Positions 17,766 to 29,178 are shown, counted from the first letter of the stretch. The stretch is DNA of 64,000 nucleotides from an uncultured Mycoplasmatota bacterium (GCA_947571135.1 CANOWY010000001.1:3604-67603); one strand, 5' to 3'. Notes: generated by a model not told the origin, from the sequence alone. Made by a program: numbers and translations.

Positions 17766-20255
17766 ATGGGATTTTTTAGAAAATTAATAGATTCAGAGTA
17801 TAAAGAATTAAAAAGATTTGAAAGTATTGCTGATAAGATAATAGCATTAGATGAGAGTATGCAAAAATTATCCGATGCCGAATTAAAGAAGAAAACAGAA
17901 GAATTTAAAAAAGAATTAGAAAATGGCACTGATTTAAATGACTTAATCGTTCCTGCTTTTGCAGTTGTTCGTGAAGCGGCAAGCCGTGTGATTGGAGAAA
18001 AGCCATTTTATGTGCAAATATTAGGTGGGCTTGCCATTCATTTTGGAAACATTGCAGAAATGAAAACAGGAGAAGGAAAAACCTTAACAGAAACTATGCC
18101 TACCTACTTAAATGCCTTAACAGGAAAAGGGGTACATATAATTACTGTTAATGAATTCTTAGCCAAACGTGACTCTGAATGGATGGGGGAAATCTTCAGA
18201 TTTTTAGGGTTAACAGTAGGGCTTAACTTACGTGATTTATCTCCAAAAGAAAAAAAGGCAGCCTACGACTGTGATGTTTTGTATTCAACAAATAATGAAA
18301 TAGGATTTGATTACTTAAGAGATAACATGGTAGCCCGCGCAGAAGATCGTGTGCAACGTCCACTTCACTTTTGTATCGTCGATGAAGTAGACTCTATCTT
18401 AATTGATGAAGCAAGAACACCTCTTATTATTTCAGGAGGACAAGCAAACAGCGGGAATTTATATGTCGATGCCGATAAAGCCGTTAAGAATTTAGTAAAT
18501 GAGGAAGATTATACCATTGACGAAAAAGTAAAGAATGTTTCTTTAACAGAAGCAGGAAGTAAAAAGATTGAAAAATTCTTTAAAGTAGCAAATTTATATG
18601 ATATTAATAATACAAATCTAGTACATCATATCAATCAAGCCTTAAAAGCCAATTATGGATTTAAAAAAGATATTGATTATGTAGTAAGCGATGACCAAGT
18701 AATTATCGTTGACCAATTTACTGGACGTTTAATGCAAGGTCGTCAATTTAGTGATGGGCTTCATCAAGCGATTGAGGCAAAAGAGCGTGTAACAATTAAT
18801 GTAGAAACCAAAACAATGGCAACAATTACATTCCAAAATTTATTTAGAATGTATGAAAAATTATCAGGTATGACTGGTACTGCAAAAACAGAAGAAGAAG
18901 AATTTAGAAATATCTACAATATGTATGTAATTGGGATTCCAACCAATAAACCAATTACACGTGTGGATTTACCAGATCTTGTCTATGCAACAATGGAAGG
19001 AAAATACAAGGCCATTGTAAACTGTATTAAAGAAATACATGAAACAGGGCAACCGATATTAGTTGGAACAATTAGTGTAGAAGCCAATGAACATTTGAGC
19101 AAAATGTTAACAAAAGTAGGCTTAAAACATGAAGTATTAAATGCCAAAAATCATGAAAGAGAAGCCGAAATTATTGCAAATGCCGGAAAAAAAGGAGCAA
19201 TTACTATTGCTACCAATATGGCAGGACGTGGAACCGATATCAAACTAACGGAAGAAACATTAGAACTTGGTGGCCTTTATGTAATCGGTACAGAACGTCA
19301 TGAATCACGTCGTATTGATAACCAATTACGTGGTCGTTCAGGACGTCAAGGAGACGTAGGTACTAGTCAATTCTTTGTATCGTTTGATGATGACTTAATG
19401 CGTATGTTTGGAACAGATAGAATTAAACAAGTTGTCCAAAGTATTGGTATGACAGATGACCAATCTATCCGTTCTAAAGCCATCACAAGAAGTATTGAAA
19501 CTGCACAAAAAAAGGTAGAAGGAAACAACTTTGATATGCGTAAGAGTCTTCTTGATTATGATAATGTCGTAAACGAACAAAGAACGATTATCTATGAAAA
19601 ACGTAATGAAGTATTAGATAATGAAAATATTCATGAAAGTGTTATTGAAATATTTAAAAATACCATTACTACTTTAGTAGAAAAACATATTGAACCAGAA
19701 GGGTATTTAACGGATGATGATAAGAGTGAAATCATTGAATTTGTAAATACCAATTATATGAAAAATAAACCAATTGATGTAAAAGAAATAGCAGAATTAA
19801 AACAAGAAGAAATAGAAGAATACTTAACAGATAAAATTTTAAAAGACTATGAGAAAAAAATTAGTGTAGCACCAAACTTCCAAGAATTCGAGCGTGCTAT
19901 TACTCTTCGAATGATTGACTCATTATGGGTAGATCATATCAGTACTATGGAACATTTAAAAGAAGGAATTATGTTACGTGGTTATGGGCAAGTAAATCCA
20001 TTACAAGCCTATACAATGGAAGGTTTTGATTTATTTGAAAACTTACTTGATAAGATTGATGAAAATATTGCGGGCTTTTTATTAAAAGCCAATATTGAAC
20101 AAAATACAGAACGCAAACAAACCATTGTAGGAGTAGCAAATGATGGAAAAGAAAAAGTAAAACAAACTCCGAAAAAATCAGAAAAAAAAGTAGGACGTAA
20201 TGATCAATGTCCATGTGGTTCGGGCAAAAAATACAAACAATGTTGTGGAAAATAA
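17766..20255 (+). CDS. secA: Preprotein translocase ATPase SecA
   Basis: MKTGEGKT, DEVDSILIDEARTPLIISG, NMAGRGTDI, C-terminal GRND.CPCGSGKKYKQCCG. Confidence 0.99.
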   Translation: MGFFRKLIDSEYKELKRFESIADKIIALDESMQKLSDAELKKKTEEFKKELENGTDLNDLIVPAFAVVREAASRVIGEKPFYVQILGGLAIHFGNIAEMKTGEGKTLTETMPTYLNALTGKGVHIITVNEFLAKRDSEWMGEIFRFLGLTVGLNLRDLSPKEKKAAYDCDVLYSTNNEIGFDYLRDNMVARAEDRVQRPLHFCIVDEVDSILIDEARTPLIISGGQANSGNLYVDADKAVKNLVNEEDYTIDEKVKNVSLTEAGSKKIEKFFKVANLYDINNTNLVHHINQALKANYGFKKDIDYVVSDDQVIIVDQFTGRLMQGRQFSDGLHQAIEAKERVTINVETKTMATITFQNLFRMYEKLSGMTGTAKTEEEEFRNIYNMYVIGIPTNKPITRVDLPDLVYATMEGKYKAIVNCIKEIHETGQPILVGTISVEANEHLSKMLTKVGLKHEVLNAKNHEREAEIIANAGKKGAITIATNMAGRGTDIKLTEETLELGGLYVIGTERHESRRIDNQLRGRSGRQGDVGTSQFFVSFDDDLMRMFGTDRIKQVVQSIGMTDDQSIRSKAITRSIETAQKKVEGNNFDMRKSLLDYDNVVNEQRTIIYEKRNEVLDNENIHESVIEIFKNTITTLVEKHIEPEGYLTDDDKSEIIEFVNTNYMKNKPIDVKEIAELKQEEIEEYLTDKILKDYEKKISVAPNFQEFERAITLRMIDSLWVDHISTMEHLKEGIMLRGYGQVNPLQAYTMEGFDLFENLLDKIDENIAGFLLKANIEQNTERKQTIVGVANDGKEKVKQTPKKSEKKVGRNDQCPCGSGKKYKQCCGK

Positions 20256-20446
20256 AAAAAACACTTTATTTTAAACAAATTATCAGAAAAATAATATAAA
20301 TGTTAGCGTTCAAAAGTGCTAGCATTTTTTCTTTACTTAAAATTAGTAAACGAGAAACGAACATGACAAAAATTTTATAAAAAATACCGAACTGTAATAA
20401 GTAGAAGTTATTCACATTTTTTGCTATAATGAAATCGGTGAAAAAT

Positions 20447-21539
20447 ATGGACAAAAAAGAATTATCTAATACTTTAAATAAACTATTAGAAAAACTAAAT
20501 GACTTAGGGAGGTCACTTTGACTTAGAACAAAAACAAAATCATATTGAAGAATTAAAAAAACAGACGGAACAAGAAAATTTTTGGCAAGATATAGAAAAT
20601 GCTACAAAAATAAATCAAGAATATGTTGCTTTAAAAAAAGAATTAGATACATTTTCTAACACTAAACAGAACATTGTGGATAACTTGGAACTTATCGACA
20701 TTATAGAAGAACAAGAACTTCTTAACCTCACAAAAGAAATTAAATCGTTAGAAGAGAAATTAAATGAATTAGAAATTGCTTGTCTACTTAATGAAGAACA
20801 CGACAAACTGAACTGTTATTTGGAAATCCATCCAGGGGCAGGAGGAACAGAATCTTGTGATTGGGCAAACATGCTTTCTCGAATGTATATGCGATTTTGT
20901 GAGAATAATGGATATTCTTATGAAATTATTGAAAGCCAGAAAGGTGAGGAAGCAGGCATAAAAAGTTTTACAATGTATATAAAAGGAATGTATGCGTTTG
21001 GCTACTTAAAAAATGAAAGAGGCGTACATCGTTTAGTGCGTATTTCTCCTTTTGACTCTAACGCTAGAAGACATACTTCTTTTGCTTCAGTTTTAGTAAC
21101 ACCTGAATACAACCAAGAAATTAATATTGAAATTAAAGAAAGTGATTTAAAAATAGACGTATATCATTCAAGTGGTGCAGGGGGACAATCTGTAAACACA
21201 TCAAACTCAGCCGTAAGAATTACCCATATACCCTCTAAAATAGTTGTAACTTGCCAAAACGAAAGAAGTCAAATGCAAAACAAAGAACAAGCGATGAAAA
21301 TACTAAAAAATAAATTATACGAATTAGAATTACTTGCCTTAGAAAACAAGATAAATGACTTAAAGGGAAATATGGAGAACATTAATTTTGGGAGTCAAAT
21401 CAGAAGTTACGTTTTAGAGCCTTATAAAATGATTAAGGACAATCGCAGTGGCTACGAAACAAGCAACGTTTTAAAAGTATTAGACGGAGATTTACTGCCA
21501 ATTATGGAATCTATTCTAAAAACAAGGAGAAATAAATGA
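20447..21539 (+). CDS. prfB: Peptide chain release factor 2 with programmed +1 frameshift
   Basis: ATG at 20447, 24 codons to AGGGAGG-TCA-CTT-TGA-C (20506-20522); +1 frame open to 21539; SPF and GGQ motifs. Confidence 0.96.
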
Positions 21540-22381
21540 AAAAAATAATAAATTTTACCACTCTTTTTGTAGGTTTATTCCTAGCCGCTTTCTCTTTTAA
21601 TTTATTTCTCGCACCCTTTAACCTAGTTGCTGGTGGGGTAAGTGGACTTGCCCTAATTGTTCACAAAGTATTATCCCTAGACGAAAGTACCTTTATTATG
21701 ATAGTCAATCTTCTTTTACTAGGAATTAGTTTTCTCTTTTTAGGAAAAGAAAAAACTAAAAATACGATATTAGGTTCTCTTTTATTTCCTATTTTTGTTA
21801 ATCTAACCAGTTACATCATACCATATATAGACATTAAGGAATTAGAATTAATTGTTGTTTCGATTTTAGGTGGACTTTTAAGTGGTGTTGGGTATGGCAT
21901 AATATTCAAAAGTGGTTATACCTCAGGTGGTACAGATATACTAAATCAAATCATAGAAAAATATATGCACATTCCAATGTCAACTTCTATTATTTTTGTA
22001 GATGGCATTATCACGCTATGTGGAGGTTTTATTTTTGGCTTGCCATTAATGGTGTACTCTCTTATAAGTTTAATTTTAATTAGTATCTTCAGCCATAAAA
22101 CTATCATTGGAGAAGGAAAAAGTAAAACATTATACATTACTTCTTCTAAAATAAAAGAAATAAAATATTATTTACATAAAGAACTGAAAGTAGACAGTAC
22201 AGATTTTGATATTATTGGTGGATACTCTAATGAACCTCAAAAAATGATTATGTCCATTATCAATACTAAAGATTACTATCGAATAAAAGAGGCCATTAAA
22301 TTAATTGATAAAAATGCATTTATAACGGTAACAGATGCTTACCAAATTATAAATGAAAATGTTTCAATACGCAGGATTTAA
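21536..22381 (+). CDS. YitT family membrane protein
   Basis: GGVSGLA, SGGTDIL, C-terminal DUF2179-like region (IDKNAFITV). Confidence 0.9.
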   Translation: MKKIINFTTLFVGLFLAAFSFNLFLAPFNLVAGGVSGLALIVHKVLSLDESTFIMIVNLLLLGISFLFLGKEKTKNTILGSLLFPIFVNLTSYIIPYIDIKELELIVVSILGGLLSGVGYGIIFKSGYTSGGTDILNQIIEKYMHIPMSTSIIFVDGIITLCGGFIFGLPLMVYSLISLILISIFSHKTIIGEGKSKTLYITSSKIKEIKYYLHKELKVDSTDFDIIGGYSNEPQKMIMSIINTKDYYRIKEAIKLIDKNAFITVTDAYQIINENVSIRRI

Positions 22382-22406
22382 AAAAAGAGACAATTTAGGA
22401 GGTACT

Positions 22407-23756
22407 ATGAATAAAACATTAACATTTTTAAATCAAGTAGTAAAAGAAAACACAACCATTGTCCTAGGACTTTCAGGAGGCCCGGATTCAATTTGTCTTT
22501 TTCATATGCTAGTAAATATCCAAAAAAAGAAAAAAATAAAAATAATCTGTGCTCATGTGAATCATAACGTAAGACAAGAAAGCGAAAAGGAAGAAAAGTT
22601 TGTTAAAAAAATTTGTGAACAAAATAACTGTTTATTTGAAACGATTAAATTAAATATAGACACAAAAAATAACTTTGAAAGCAAAGCAAGAAAAGAAAGA
22701 TACAATTTTTTTGATAAAATAGTGAATAAATATCATGCGGAATATCTTATGACGGCTCATCATGGAGATGATTTAATGGAAACTATTCTTATGCACATTA
22801 CAAGAGGAAGTAATTTAAGAGGATATGCTGGATTTAGGGAAATAACCACTTATCCACAATTCAAACTTATAAGACCATTAATTCATATGTCCAAAGAAGA
22901 GATTTTATCCTATTGTAAAGATAATAGTTTAAAGTATTGTATGGATAAGTCAAATGAAAGCGATACTTATACAAGAAACCGTTATAGAAAATATATTATC
23001 CCTTTTTTAAAAAAAGAATATAAAAACGTTCATCGAAAATATTTAAAATTTAGCGAAAGATTAGAAGAGATAGAAGAATATTTAAAAAAAAATACAGAAA
23101 TTGCATTGACTAAAGTATATGATTTTGATAAAGTAAATTTGCGCGAATTGAATAAATGCGATTTGCTCATTAAAAGGCGTGTAATTGAGTATATATTAAA
23201 AGAGGAATACCAAGACGATATCTTATTGATTAACGAAAAGCATATAGATGCTATTCTACATATATGCGAAATAGAAAAGCCGAATACAGTGTTGTTTCTT
23301 CCTCTTAAAAAAAAGATAGTAAAAGAGTACAATACAATGTATTTTTGTAATAAAGAAAATAAACCTAGTAAAGAATATATACTAGATGACTTTGTAAAAA
23401 TAAGCGATACAGAAATCATAAAAAAACTAGAAGATACTAATATTGAAAAAAGTAACTTTATTATAAGGTTAGACAGTAACGAAATTGCCTTTCCCTTAAA
23501 GTTGCGAACTCGAAAAGAAAAAGATGAAATGGCAATTAAAAACTTAAATGGAACAAAAAAAATAAAAGATATTTTTATAAATGAAAAAGTTCCAAAAACG
23601 AGAAGAGATACCTATCCAATAATAGTAGACAATAACGATACTATATTATGGTTACCAGGATTAAAAAAATCAAAATTTGATAAAAACAAAAATGAATTTT
23701 ATGATATAATATATAAATATGTAATTAGTGAGGAGAAAAATAATGAAAAGAAATAA
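22407..23756 (+). CDS. tilS: tRNA(Ile)-lysidine synthase
   Basis: LSGGPDS, AHVNH, ARKERY, AHHGDD, IRPL; ATG 22407 after GGAGG. Confidence 0.96.
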   Translation: MNKTLTFLNQVVKENTTIVLGLSGGPDSICLFHMLVNIQKKKKIKIICAHVNHNVRQESEKEEKFVKKICEQNNCLFETIKLNIDTKNNFESKARKERYNFFDKIVNKYHAEYLMTAHHGDDLMETILMHITRGSNLRGYAGFREITTYPQFKLIRPLIHMSKEEILSYCKDNSLKYCMDKSNESDTYTRNRYRKYIIPFLKKEYKNVHRKYLKFSERLEEIEEYLKKNTEIALTKVYDFDKVNLRELNKCDLLIKRRVIEYILKEEYQDDILLINEKHIDAILHICEIEKPNTVLFLPLKKKIVKEYNTMYFCNKENKPSKEYILDDFVKISDTEIIKKLEDTNIEKSNFIIRLDSNEIAFPLKLRTRKEKDEMAIKNLNGTKKIKDIFINEKVPKTRRDTYPIIVDNNDTILWLPGLKKSKFDKNKNEFYDIIYKYVISEEKNNEKK

Positions 23757-25713
23757 TACAGTAAAAAATTTATTTCCTTATTTAGTTCTAATAGTGGTAG
23801 TATTTTTTGTATTAACCGTATTAAACTTTGGAGGTGCTATTAATCATAGTATTACGACTGGAGAACTATTAAGTGAATTAGAAAAAAGCAATGTAACAGA
23901 AATTACAATTACTCCAAAAAGTAATGATTCTGTATATTACATTGAAGGAAAACTAGCAAACTATAAAGAAAAGGAAACATTTTCTGCCAAAGTAGTTGCA
24001 GAAGATTTAACTGAAATCACGAATTATGCAAAAGAACATGACTTAAAAGTCTATGAAACAAACAAAGATCCAGGATCTATTTCCTTATTATATGTAGTTA
24101 TGAATTTCTTACCTATTGTAATTGTTGTAGTAGGTGCTTATATTCTATTTACAAAAATGGCAGGAAGCAATAAAAACTCTATGGATTTTGGAAGAAGTCG
24201 CGCTAGACTTTCAGAAGATGGTGGAACTACTAAATTTAGTGATGTAGCAGGACTTAAAGAAGAAAAAGAAGAAGTATCTGAACTTATAGACTTCTTAAAA
24301 AATCCTAAAAAGTTCCAAAAATTAGGAGCGCGTATTCCAAAAGGAGTTTTACTAGTAGGGCCTCCAGGAACAGGTAAAACTTTACTTGCCAAAGCCGTTG
24401 CAGGAGAAGCCAATGTGCCATTCTATTATATAAGTGGTTCTGATTTCGTAGAATTATTTGTAGGTGTAGGAGCAAGTCGTGTGCGTGATATGTTTAAAGA
24501 AGCAAAGAAAAATGCTCCTTGCCTAATATTTATTGATGAAATTGATGCCGTAGGACGCCAACGTGGTGCTGGACTTGGTGGAGGTCATGATGAACGTGAA
24601 CAAACATTAAACCAACTGTTAACAGAAATGGATGGTTTTGGTGCTAATGAAGGAATAATTATTATTGCTGCTACGAATAGACCAGATGTTTTAGATCCTG
24701 CTCTTTTAAGACCAGGAAGATTTGATAGACAAGTTACGGTGAATTTACCAGATACAAAAGAACGTGAAGAAATTTTAAAAGTTCATGCTAAAAATAAAAT
24801 ACTTGCAGAAAACGTAAAATTAGAAAATATAAGTGCTCGTACTCCAGGATTTAGTGGAGCAGACTTAGAAAACTTGCTTAATGAAGCCGCTTTACTTGCA
24901 GTGCGAAAAAATGAAGAAGCCATTACAATTGATGATATTGACGAAGCAACAGATCGTGTTTTAATGGGGCCTGCTAAAACTTCTCGTAAAATTACCGACA
25001 AAGAAAAAAGGCTTGTTAGTATTCATGAATCAGGACATGCTGTAATTGGAATAAAATTAGAAGATGCGAACGAAGTCCATAAGATTACGATTATTCCACG
25101 TGGTATGGCTGGTGGATATACAATGATGCTTCCAAAAGAAGAAAAAATATCTGTTATGACTGAAAAAGAATTAATGGCTATGATTACAGGACTGCTTGGC
25201 GGACGTGCTGCAGAAGAATTATTCTTAGGAGAAATTACAACTGGTGCAAGTGATGACTTTAAAAAAGCAACCAATATTGCCCGTAGTATGGTATCAGAAT
25301 ATGGTATGAGTGAGTTAGGGCCAATGCAATATGAACAAAAAAGTGAAGGTGTTTTCCTTGGAAGAGATTACAATAAATCTAGAAATTACTCAGACCAAGT
25401 GGCACTAGAAATCGATAGAGAAGTTCGTAAAATTATTGAAAGTTGTTATAAAGATGCTAAGAAAATTCTTAGTGAAAATAAAGATTTAGTCATGACATTA
25501 AGCGATGCTTTAGTAGAAAGAGAAACCTTAACGAAAGAAGAAATTGAATCATTAGTAACAACTGGAACAATTAGAGAAAATTTAGAGCCATTAAAAGAAG
25601 GAGAACCTTCTTTACTAAAGTTAAGAGAGATAGCAAAGGCTAATAAAATTAAAGGATATACTAAAATGACGAAAGAAGAATTAGAAAATGCTATAAATGA
25701 ATTAGACGAATAA
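23743..25713 (+). CDS. ftsH: ATP-dependent zinc metalloprotease FtsH with a C-terminal Rho_N-like extension
   Basis: [30 protein letters not shown]; tail [23 protein letters not shown]. Confidence 0.97.
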   Translation: MKRNNTVKNLFPYLVLIVVVFFVLTVLNFGGAINHSITTGELLSELEKSNVTEITITPKSNDSVYYIEGKLANYKEKETFSAKVVAEDLTEITNYAKEHDLKVYETNKDPGSISLLYVVMNFLPIVIVVVGAYILFTKMAGSNKNSMDFGRSRARLSEDGGTTKFSDVAGLKEEKEEVSELIDFLKNPKKFQKLGARIPKGVLLVGPPGTGKTLLAKAVAGEANVPFYYISGSDFVELFVGVGASRVRDMFKEAKKNAPCLIFIDEIDAVGRQRGAGLGGGHDEREQTLNQLLTEMDGFGANEGIIIIAATNRPDVLDPALLRPGRFDRQVTVNLPDTKEREEILKVHAKNKILAENVKLENISARTPGFSGADLENLLNEAALLAVRKNEEAITIDDIDEATDRVLMGPAKTSRKITDKEKRLVSIHESGHAVIGIKLEDANEVHKITIIPRGMAGGYTMMLPKEEKISVMTEKELMAMITGLLGGRAAEELFLGEITTGASDDFKKATNIARSMVSEYGMSELGPMQYEQKSEGVFLGRDYNKSRNYSDQVALEIDREVRKIIESCYKDAKKILSENKDLVMTLSDALVERETLTKEEIESLVTTGTIRENLEPLKEGEPSLLKLREIAKANKIKGYTKMTKEELENAINELDE

Positions 25714-25732
25714 AATAGTCTAATTTTTTTTT
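25701..25732 (+). terminator. Terminator after ftsH
   Basis: TTAGAC-loop-GTCTAA followed by a T-tract. Confidence 0.6.
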
Positions 25733-25802
25733 ATAAATGTTAATTTTAATTGTATTTATAAATACAAAAGTATGATATAACAGATATAGGAGTTGGAAAA
25801 AA

Positions 25803-28800
25803 ATGGCAAAAAGTTACATAATAGGATTAGACCTTGGTATAAATAATGTTGGATATGCAATCATAGAGGAAGAAACACGTCATATTATTAAAAAAGGAGT
25901 TAGATTATACAACGCTTCTAATGGAGCAAAAGATAGAAGAATTTTTAGAAATACACGTCGAAGGATGAAAAGAAAAGAGAATAGAGTTAATGAATGCTTA
26001 AAACTTTTAGAAAGTATAGGCTTCCCTAAAAAAAACACAACAGATTCGCTTTTGTTAAACAAAAGGATAAAAGGTTTAAAAGAAAAATTAGATAAACAAG
26101 AAATTGTAAATATAATATGCTATTACATGGTACATCGTGGATACATTCCGTTTGGTGATGAAGAACGTATGTTAGTTGATTTGCAAGGAATGAAACCATG
26201 TGAATATTATAAAAGATTGTGGAACGAATCTGGAAAATACAGAGCATTAGAAAATGTAATAAATCACGAAGATTTAAAAAGAGAATTTAGTGAAATTTTA
26301 AAAGTACAATGTAATTTTTATCCTGAATTGAATAAAATAATTGGATCATCAAAAGAAGAAAAAGGCTTACTTTGGATTTTCAGTCGAAAAAGAAAGTTTT
26401 GGGAAGGACCTGGGAGTCAAAATTCTTGGACTCCATATGGAAGATTTAATAGCAGGGAAGATGTTTTAAATTATATTGAATTAAAAAACAGTGGACAAGA
26501 AAAATATCTTTTTGAAGATCTAATTGGACATTGTAAAATATTTAGAGAAGAAAAATGTGTTCCTAAAGCAAATTTTTTTGCTGAAAAATTTAATTTATTA
26601 AATGACTTTCTCAATATACGAATAATTCATCCTGAATCAATTAAGAAAGAAAATTATATTTTTCAACAAGAAAAGAGTAATAATTACCAATTGACTTCTA
26701 AAGCATTAGAAGAAATTATAAATTATTGTTTAAATTTTGAAGGGAAGACACTTTCTTATACAAAAGTTTTAAAAGAAGTACTTGGCTTAAGAAAAGATGA
26801 TATTTTGGGATATCGAATGGACAAAAGTGGTAATCCTGAGTTTTCACTATTTAAAACATATCGCTATGTCATAAAAATTTTTAAAGAAAAAAAATTATCA
26901 ACTACATGGCTTATTCAAGACAATTATAAAAATTATAATCGCTTAATGGAAATTTTAGCAGTTGCACCTGGCATTGTAGAGATTGAAAAAATGCTTACGA
27001 GTATTCATATTTGCACAGAAGAAGAAAAAGAAGTAATTAAAGAAATAAGTCTCAAATTAAAAAAAGATAGCGCATTAGAATATCATTCGTTAAGTGAGAG
27101 GGCACTTAATAAAGCCATTATAGATATGATAAGTACTGAGATGAATTTTATGCAAGTTTCTAAAAAATTTGATTATGAGAAAGAATCTAGAGAGTATTTT
27201 TTGAAAAATTATGGTAGTGGCGAAGGTAAATTACTTATGACAACTAAATATGTAGATGAGATAATTGCGTCTCCACAAGTAAAAAAAACTTTAAGACAAG
27301 CAATAAAAATAATAAATGCTATTATAAATGAAATGAAAACATATCCACGTGTAATTGCAATAGAATCAACTACAAAAATGAATGGAAAAGATAAAAAGCA
27401 AGAAATAGAACAAGAACAAAAAAGAAATGAATTTCGTCGTAAAGAAGCAATAAAAATATTAGAAGCGCTTTATAATGATGATAAAATTACTGAAAATATG
27501 GTAGAAAGAATAAAATTATTTTTAGAAACAAATAGAGAATGTCCTTACTGTGGTAAGAATGTTTCTATAAATGAAGTAATAAACAATACTCTAGAAGTTG
27601 AGCATATTTTACCAATTAGTCAAAGTGCCGATGATTCTCAAGATAATAAAACAATCTCATGTAGAAATTGTAATGAAAAAAAAGGAAATAAAACGCCATA
27701 TAATTTTTTAAGTAAAGACGAATTTGAAAAGTTCACAACACGTATTTTAAAATACAATATTTCAGATAAAAAAAGAAATAACTTTTTGACAAGAGAAGAT
27801 ATTAATAAATATAAAATAAGATTTTTTAATCGTAATTTGAGAGATACTGCATATGCAACAAAAGAATTGGTAAATCAAGTACATTTATTTAATAACTACT
27901 TAAAAGCAAATATTGAAAATATAGAAATAAAAACTTTATCAACACCAGGTCAATTAACTCATAACATTCGAGATAAATGGAAACTGAAAAAAGATAGAGA
28001 TGACGGAAAATACCATCACGCAGTTGATGCTTCTATAGTTGCAGGCATTGCTACTACAAAATTAGGAGAACTTATTATCGAATCACAAAATGATACACAA
28101 TTCTGGATTTTAAAAAAAGATGTAGCAACAAAAATACCTGAATATTTAGAAAACTTCAATTTAAAAGAAATGAAAAATGAAATTATAAAAATACAAAATG
28201 ATCAAGATAATCAAATATCCATGCAGGTAAATAAAGATCCTAATCGTTCCATTTCAAATGCCAATATATATTCATTTATTAAAAAAGGGGAAGAAGATTA
28301 TTACATTATAGAACAAATTGATGATATTTATTCGCCAGATTTATTACGTAAAGAAAAAGAGAAACTAGATATTTTATTTGATGAAATGAATTCAAAATAT
28401 ACTTTGTTGTGCCAAGAGAAAGATCCAAAATTATTTCGTTATTTGAAAGAAATTTATAAAACATATCAAATAGATAAAACCAATCCTTTTAGAAATTACT
28501 GCGAAGAAAAACTAACAGAAGAGGAAACATTTGATTATTTAAAACATGGAATAAAAACTCCATCTAAAAATAATAAAGGTGTCCTAATAAAAAAACTAAG
28601 ATACATGAGGAGTACAACTGATCCTTATCTTCTAGAAAAGAAAAATATAAATAAAAAAGAAAATACTTATATTGGATTAGATAGGGTATCTATTTATTGT
28701 ACTCGTCTTTACTGGGATAAAGATTTAAAAAAGATTATTTTTATGCCAATTTATTGTCCATGTGTAGATTTTAAAACAAAAAAAATTAATAAAAATCACC

Positions 28801-29072
28801 CCTTATATCAACATTATTATAAAAAATTTGTCCATGAAAAGAATGTAGAATTTATTGTTGATTTATTTAATGGCAATTATTTAGAAATTGAAAAACCAAA
28901 TGGTGAGATAATTTATAGATTTGTTGAAAGTTATCATAAAGTTGGCAAAAAAATTTCGTGTCAAGGTGGCAATTATTTATCATCTAAAGATAAATTTATT
29001 CTATATGATGTAGATATTCTCGGAAATAAGAAAAAGCGTTTGACTTGGCCAAAAGATTCAGATATAATGTAG
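25803..29072 (+). CDS. cas9: Type II CRISPR RNA-guided endonuclease Cas9, 1089 aa
   Basis: RuvC-I IGLDLGINNVG, Arg-rich bridge helix, RuvC-II IAIES, HNH CPYCG..EVEHILP..N..KGNKTP, RuvC-III HHAVDA. Confidence 0.96.
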   Translation: MAKSYIIGLDLGINNVGYAIIEEETRHIIKKGVRLYNASNGAKDRRIFRNTRRRMKRKENRVNECLKLLESIGFPKKNTTDSLLLNKRIKGLKEKLDKQEIVNIICYYMVHRGYIPFGDEERMLVDLQGMKPCEYYKRLWNESGKYRALENVINHEDLKREFSEILKVQCNFYPELNKIIGSSKEEKGLLWIFSRKRKFWEGPGSQNSWTPYGRFNSREDVLNYIELKNSGQEKYLFEDLIGHCKIFREEKCVPKANFFAEKFNLLNDFLNIRIIHPESIKKENYIFQQEKSNNYQLTSKALEEIINYCLNFEGKTLSYTKVLKEVLGLRKDDILGYRMDKSGNPEFSLFKTYRYVIKIFKEKKLSTTWLIQDNYKNYNRLMEILAVAPGIVEIEKMLTSIHICTEEEKEVIKEISLKLKKDSALEYHSLSERALNKAIIDMISTEMNFMQVSKKFDYEKESREYFLKNYGSGEGKLLMTTKYVDEIIASPQVKKTLRQAIKIINAIINEMKTYPRVIAIESTTKMNGKDKKQEIEQEQKRNEFRRKEAIKILEALYNDDKITENMVERIKLFLETNRECPYCGKNVSINEVINNTLEVEHILPISQSADDSQDNKTISCRNCNEKKGNKTPYNFLSKDEFEKFTTRILKYNISDKKRNNFLTREDINKYKIRFFNRNLRDTAYATKELVNQVHLFNNYLKANIENIEIKTLSTPGQLTHNIRDKWKLKKDRDDGKYHHAVDASIVAGIATTKLGELIIESQNDTQFWILKKDVATKIPEYLENFNLKEMKNEIIKIQNDQDNQISMQVNKDPNRSISNANIYSFIKKGEEDYYIIEQIDDIYSPDLLRKEKEKLDILFDEMNSKYTLLCQEKDPKLFRYLKEIYKTYQIDKTNPFRNYCEEKLTEEETFDYLKHGIKTPSKNNKGVLIKKLRYMRSTTDPYLLEKKNINKKENTYIGLDRVSIYCTRLYWDKDLKKIIFMPIYCPCVDFKTKKINKNHPLYQHYYKKFVHEKNVEFIVDLFNGNYLEIEKPNGEIIYRFVESYHKVGKKISCQGGNYLSSKDKFILYDVDILGNKKKRLTWPKDSDIM
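29040..29068 (+). promoter_or_regulatory. sigma-A promoter for tracrRNA inside the cas9 3' end
   Basis: TTGACT(29040-29045)-17 bp-TATAAT(29063-29068). Confidence 0.8.
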
Positions 29073-29074
29073 AT

Positions 29075-29178
29075 ATGGATGTTGAAAAAAGTTTTCAATT
29101 TCCTAAATTACACAGGGTTTCCTATTATAACTTATTTTAGGTAACTGAGGAATGCTTAAAACCGGCATTCCTTTTTTT
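29075..29178 (+). ncRNA. tracrRNA
   Basis: Anti-repeat 29091-29116 matches 25/26 nt of the repeat reverse complement; terminator AGGAATGC-loop-GCATTCCT-T7 at 29148-29178; 5' end estimated from the promoter. Confidence 0.88.

Noticed and set aside
28926-28940. GAAAGTTATCATAAA shared between cas9 and the rlmH 3' end (52381-52395), resembling an att-site pair
   Set aside because: Both copies are in frame within coding sequence (ESYHK), the genes between are core housekeeping, and there is no integrase.
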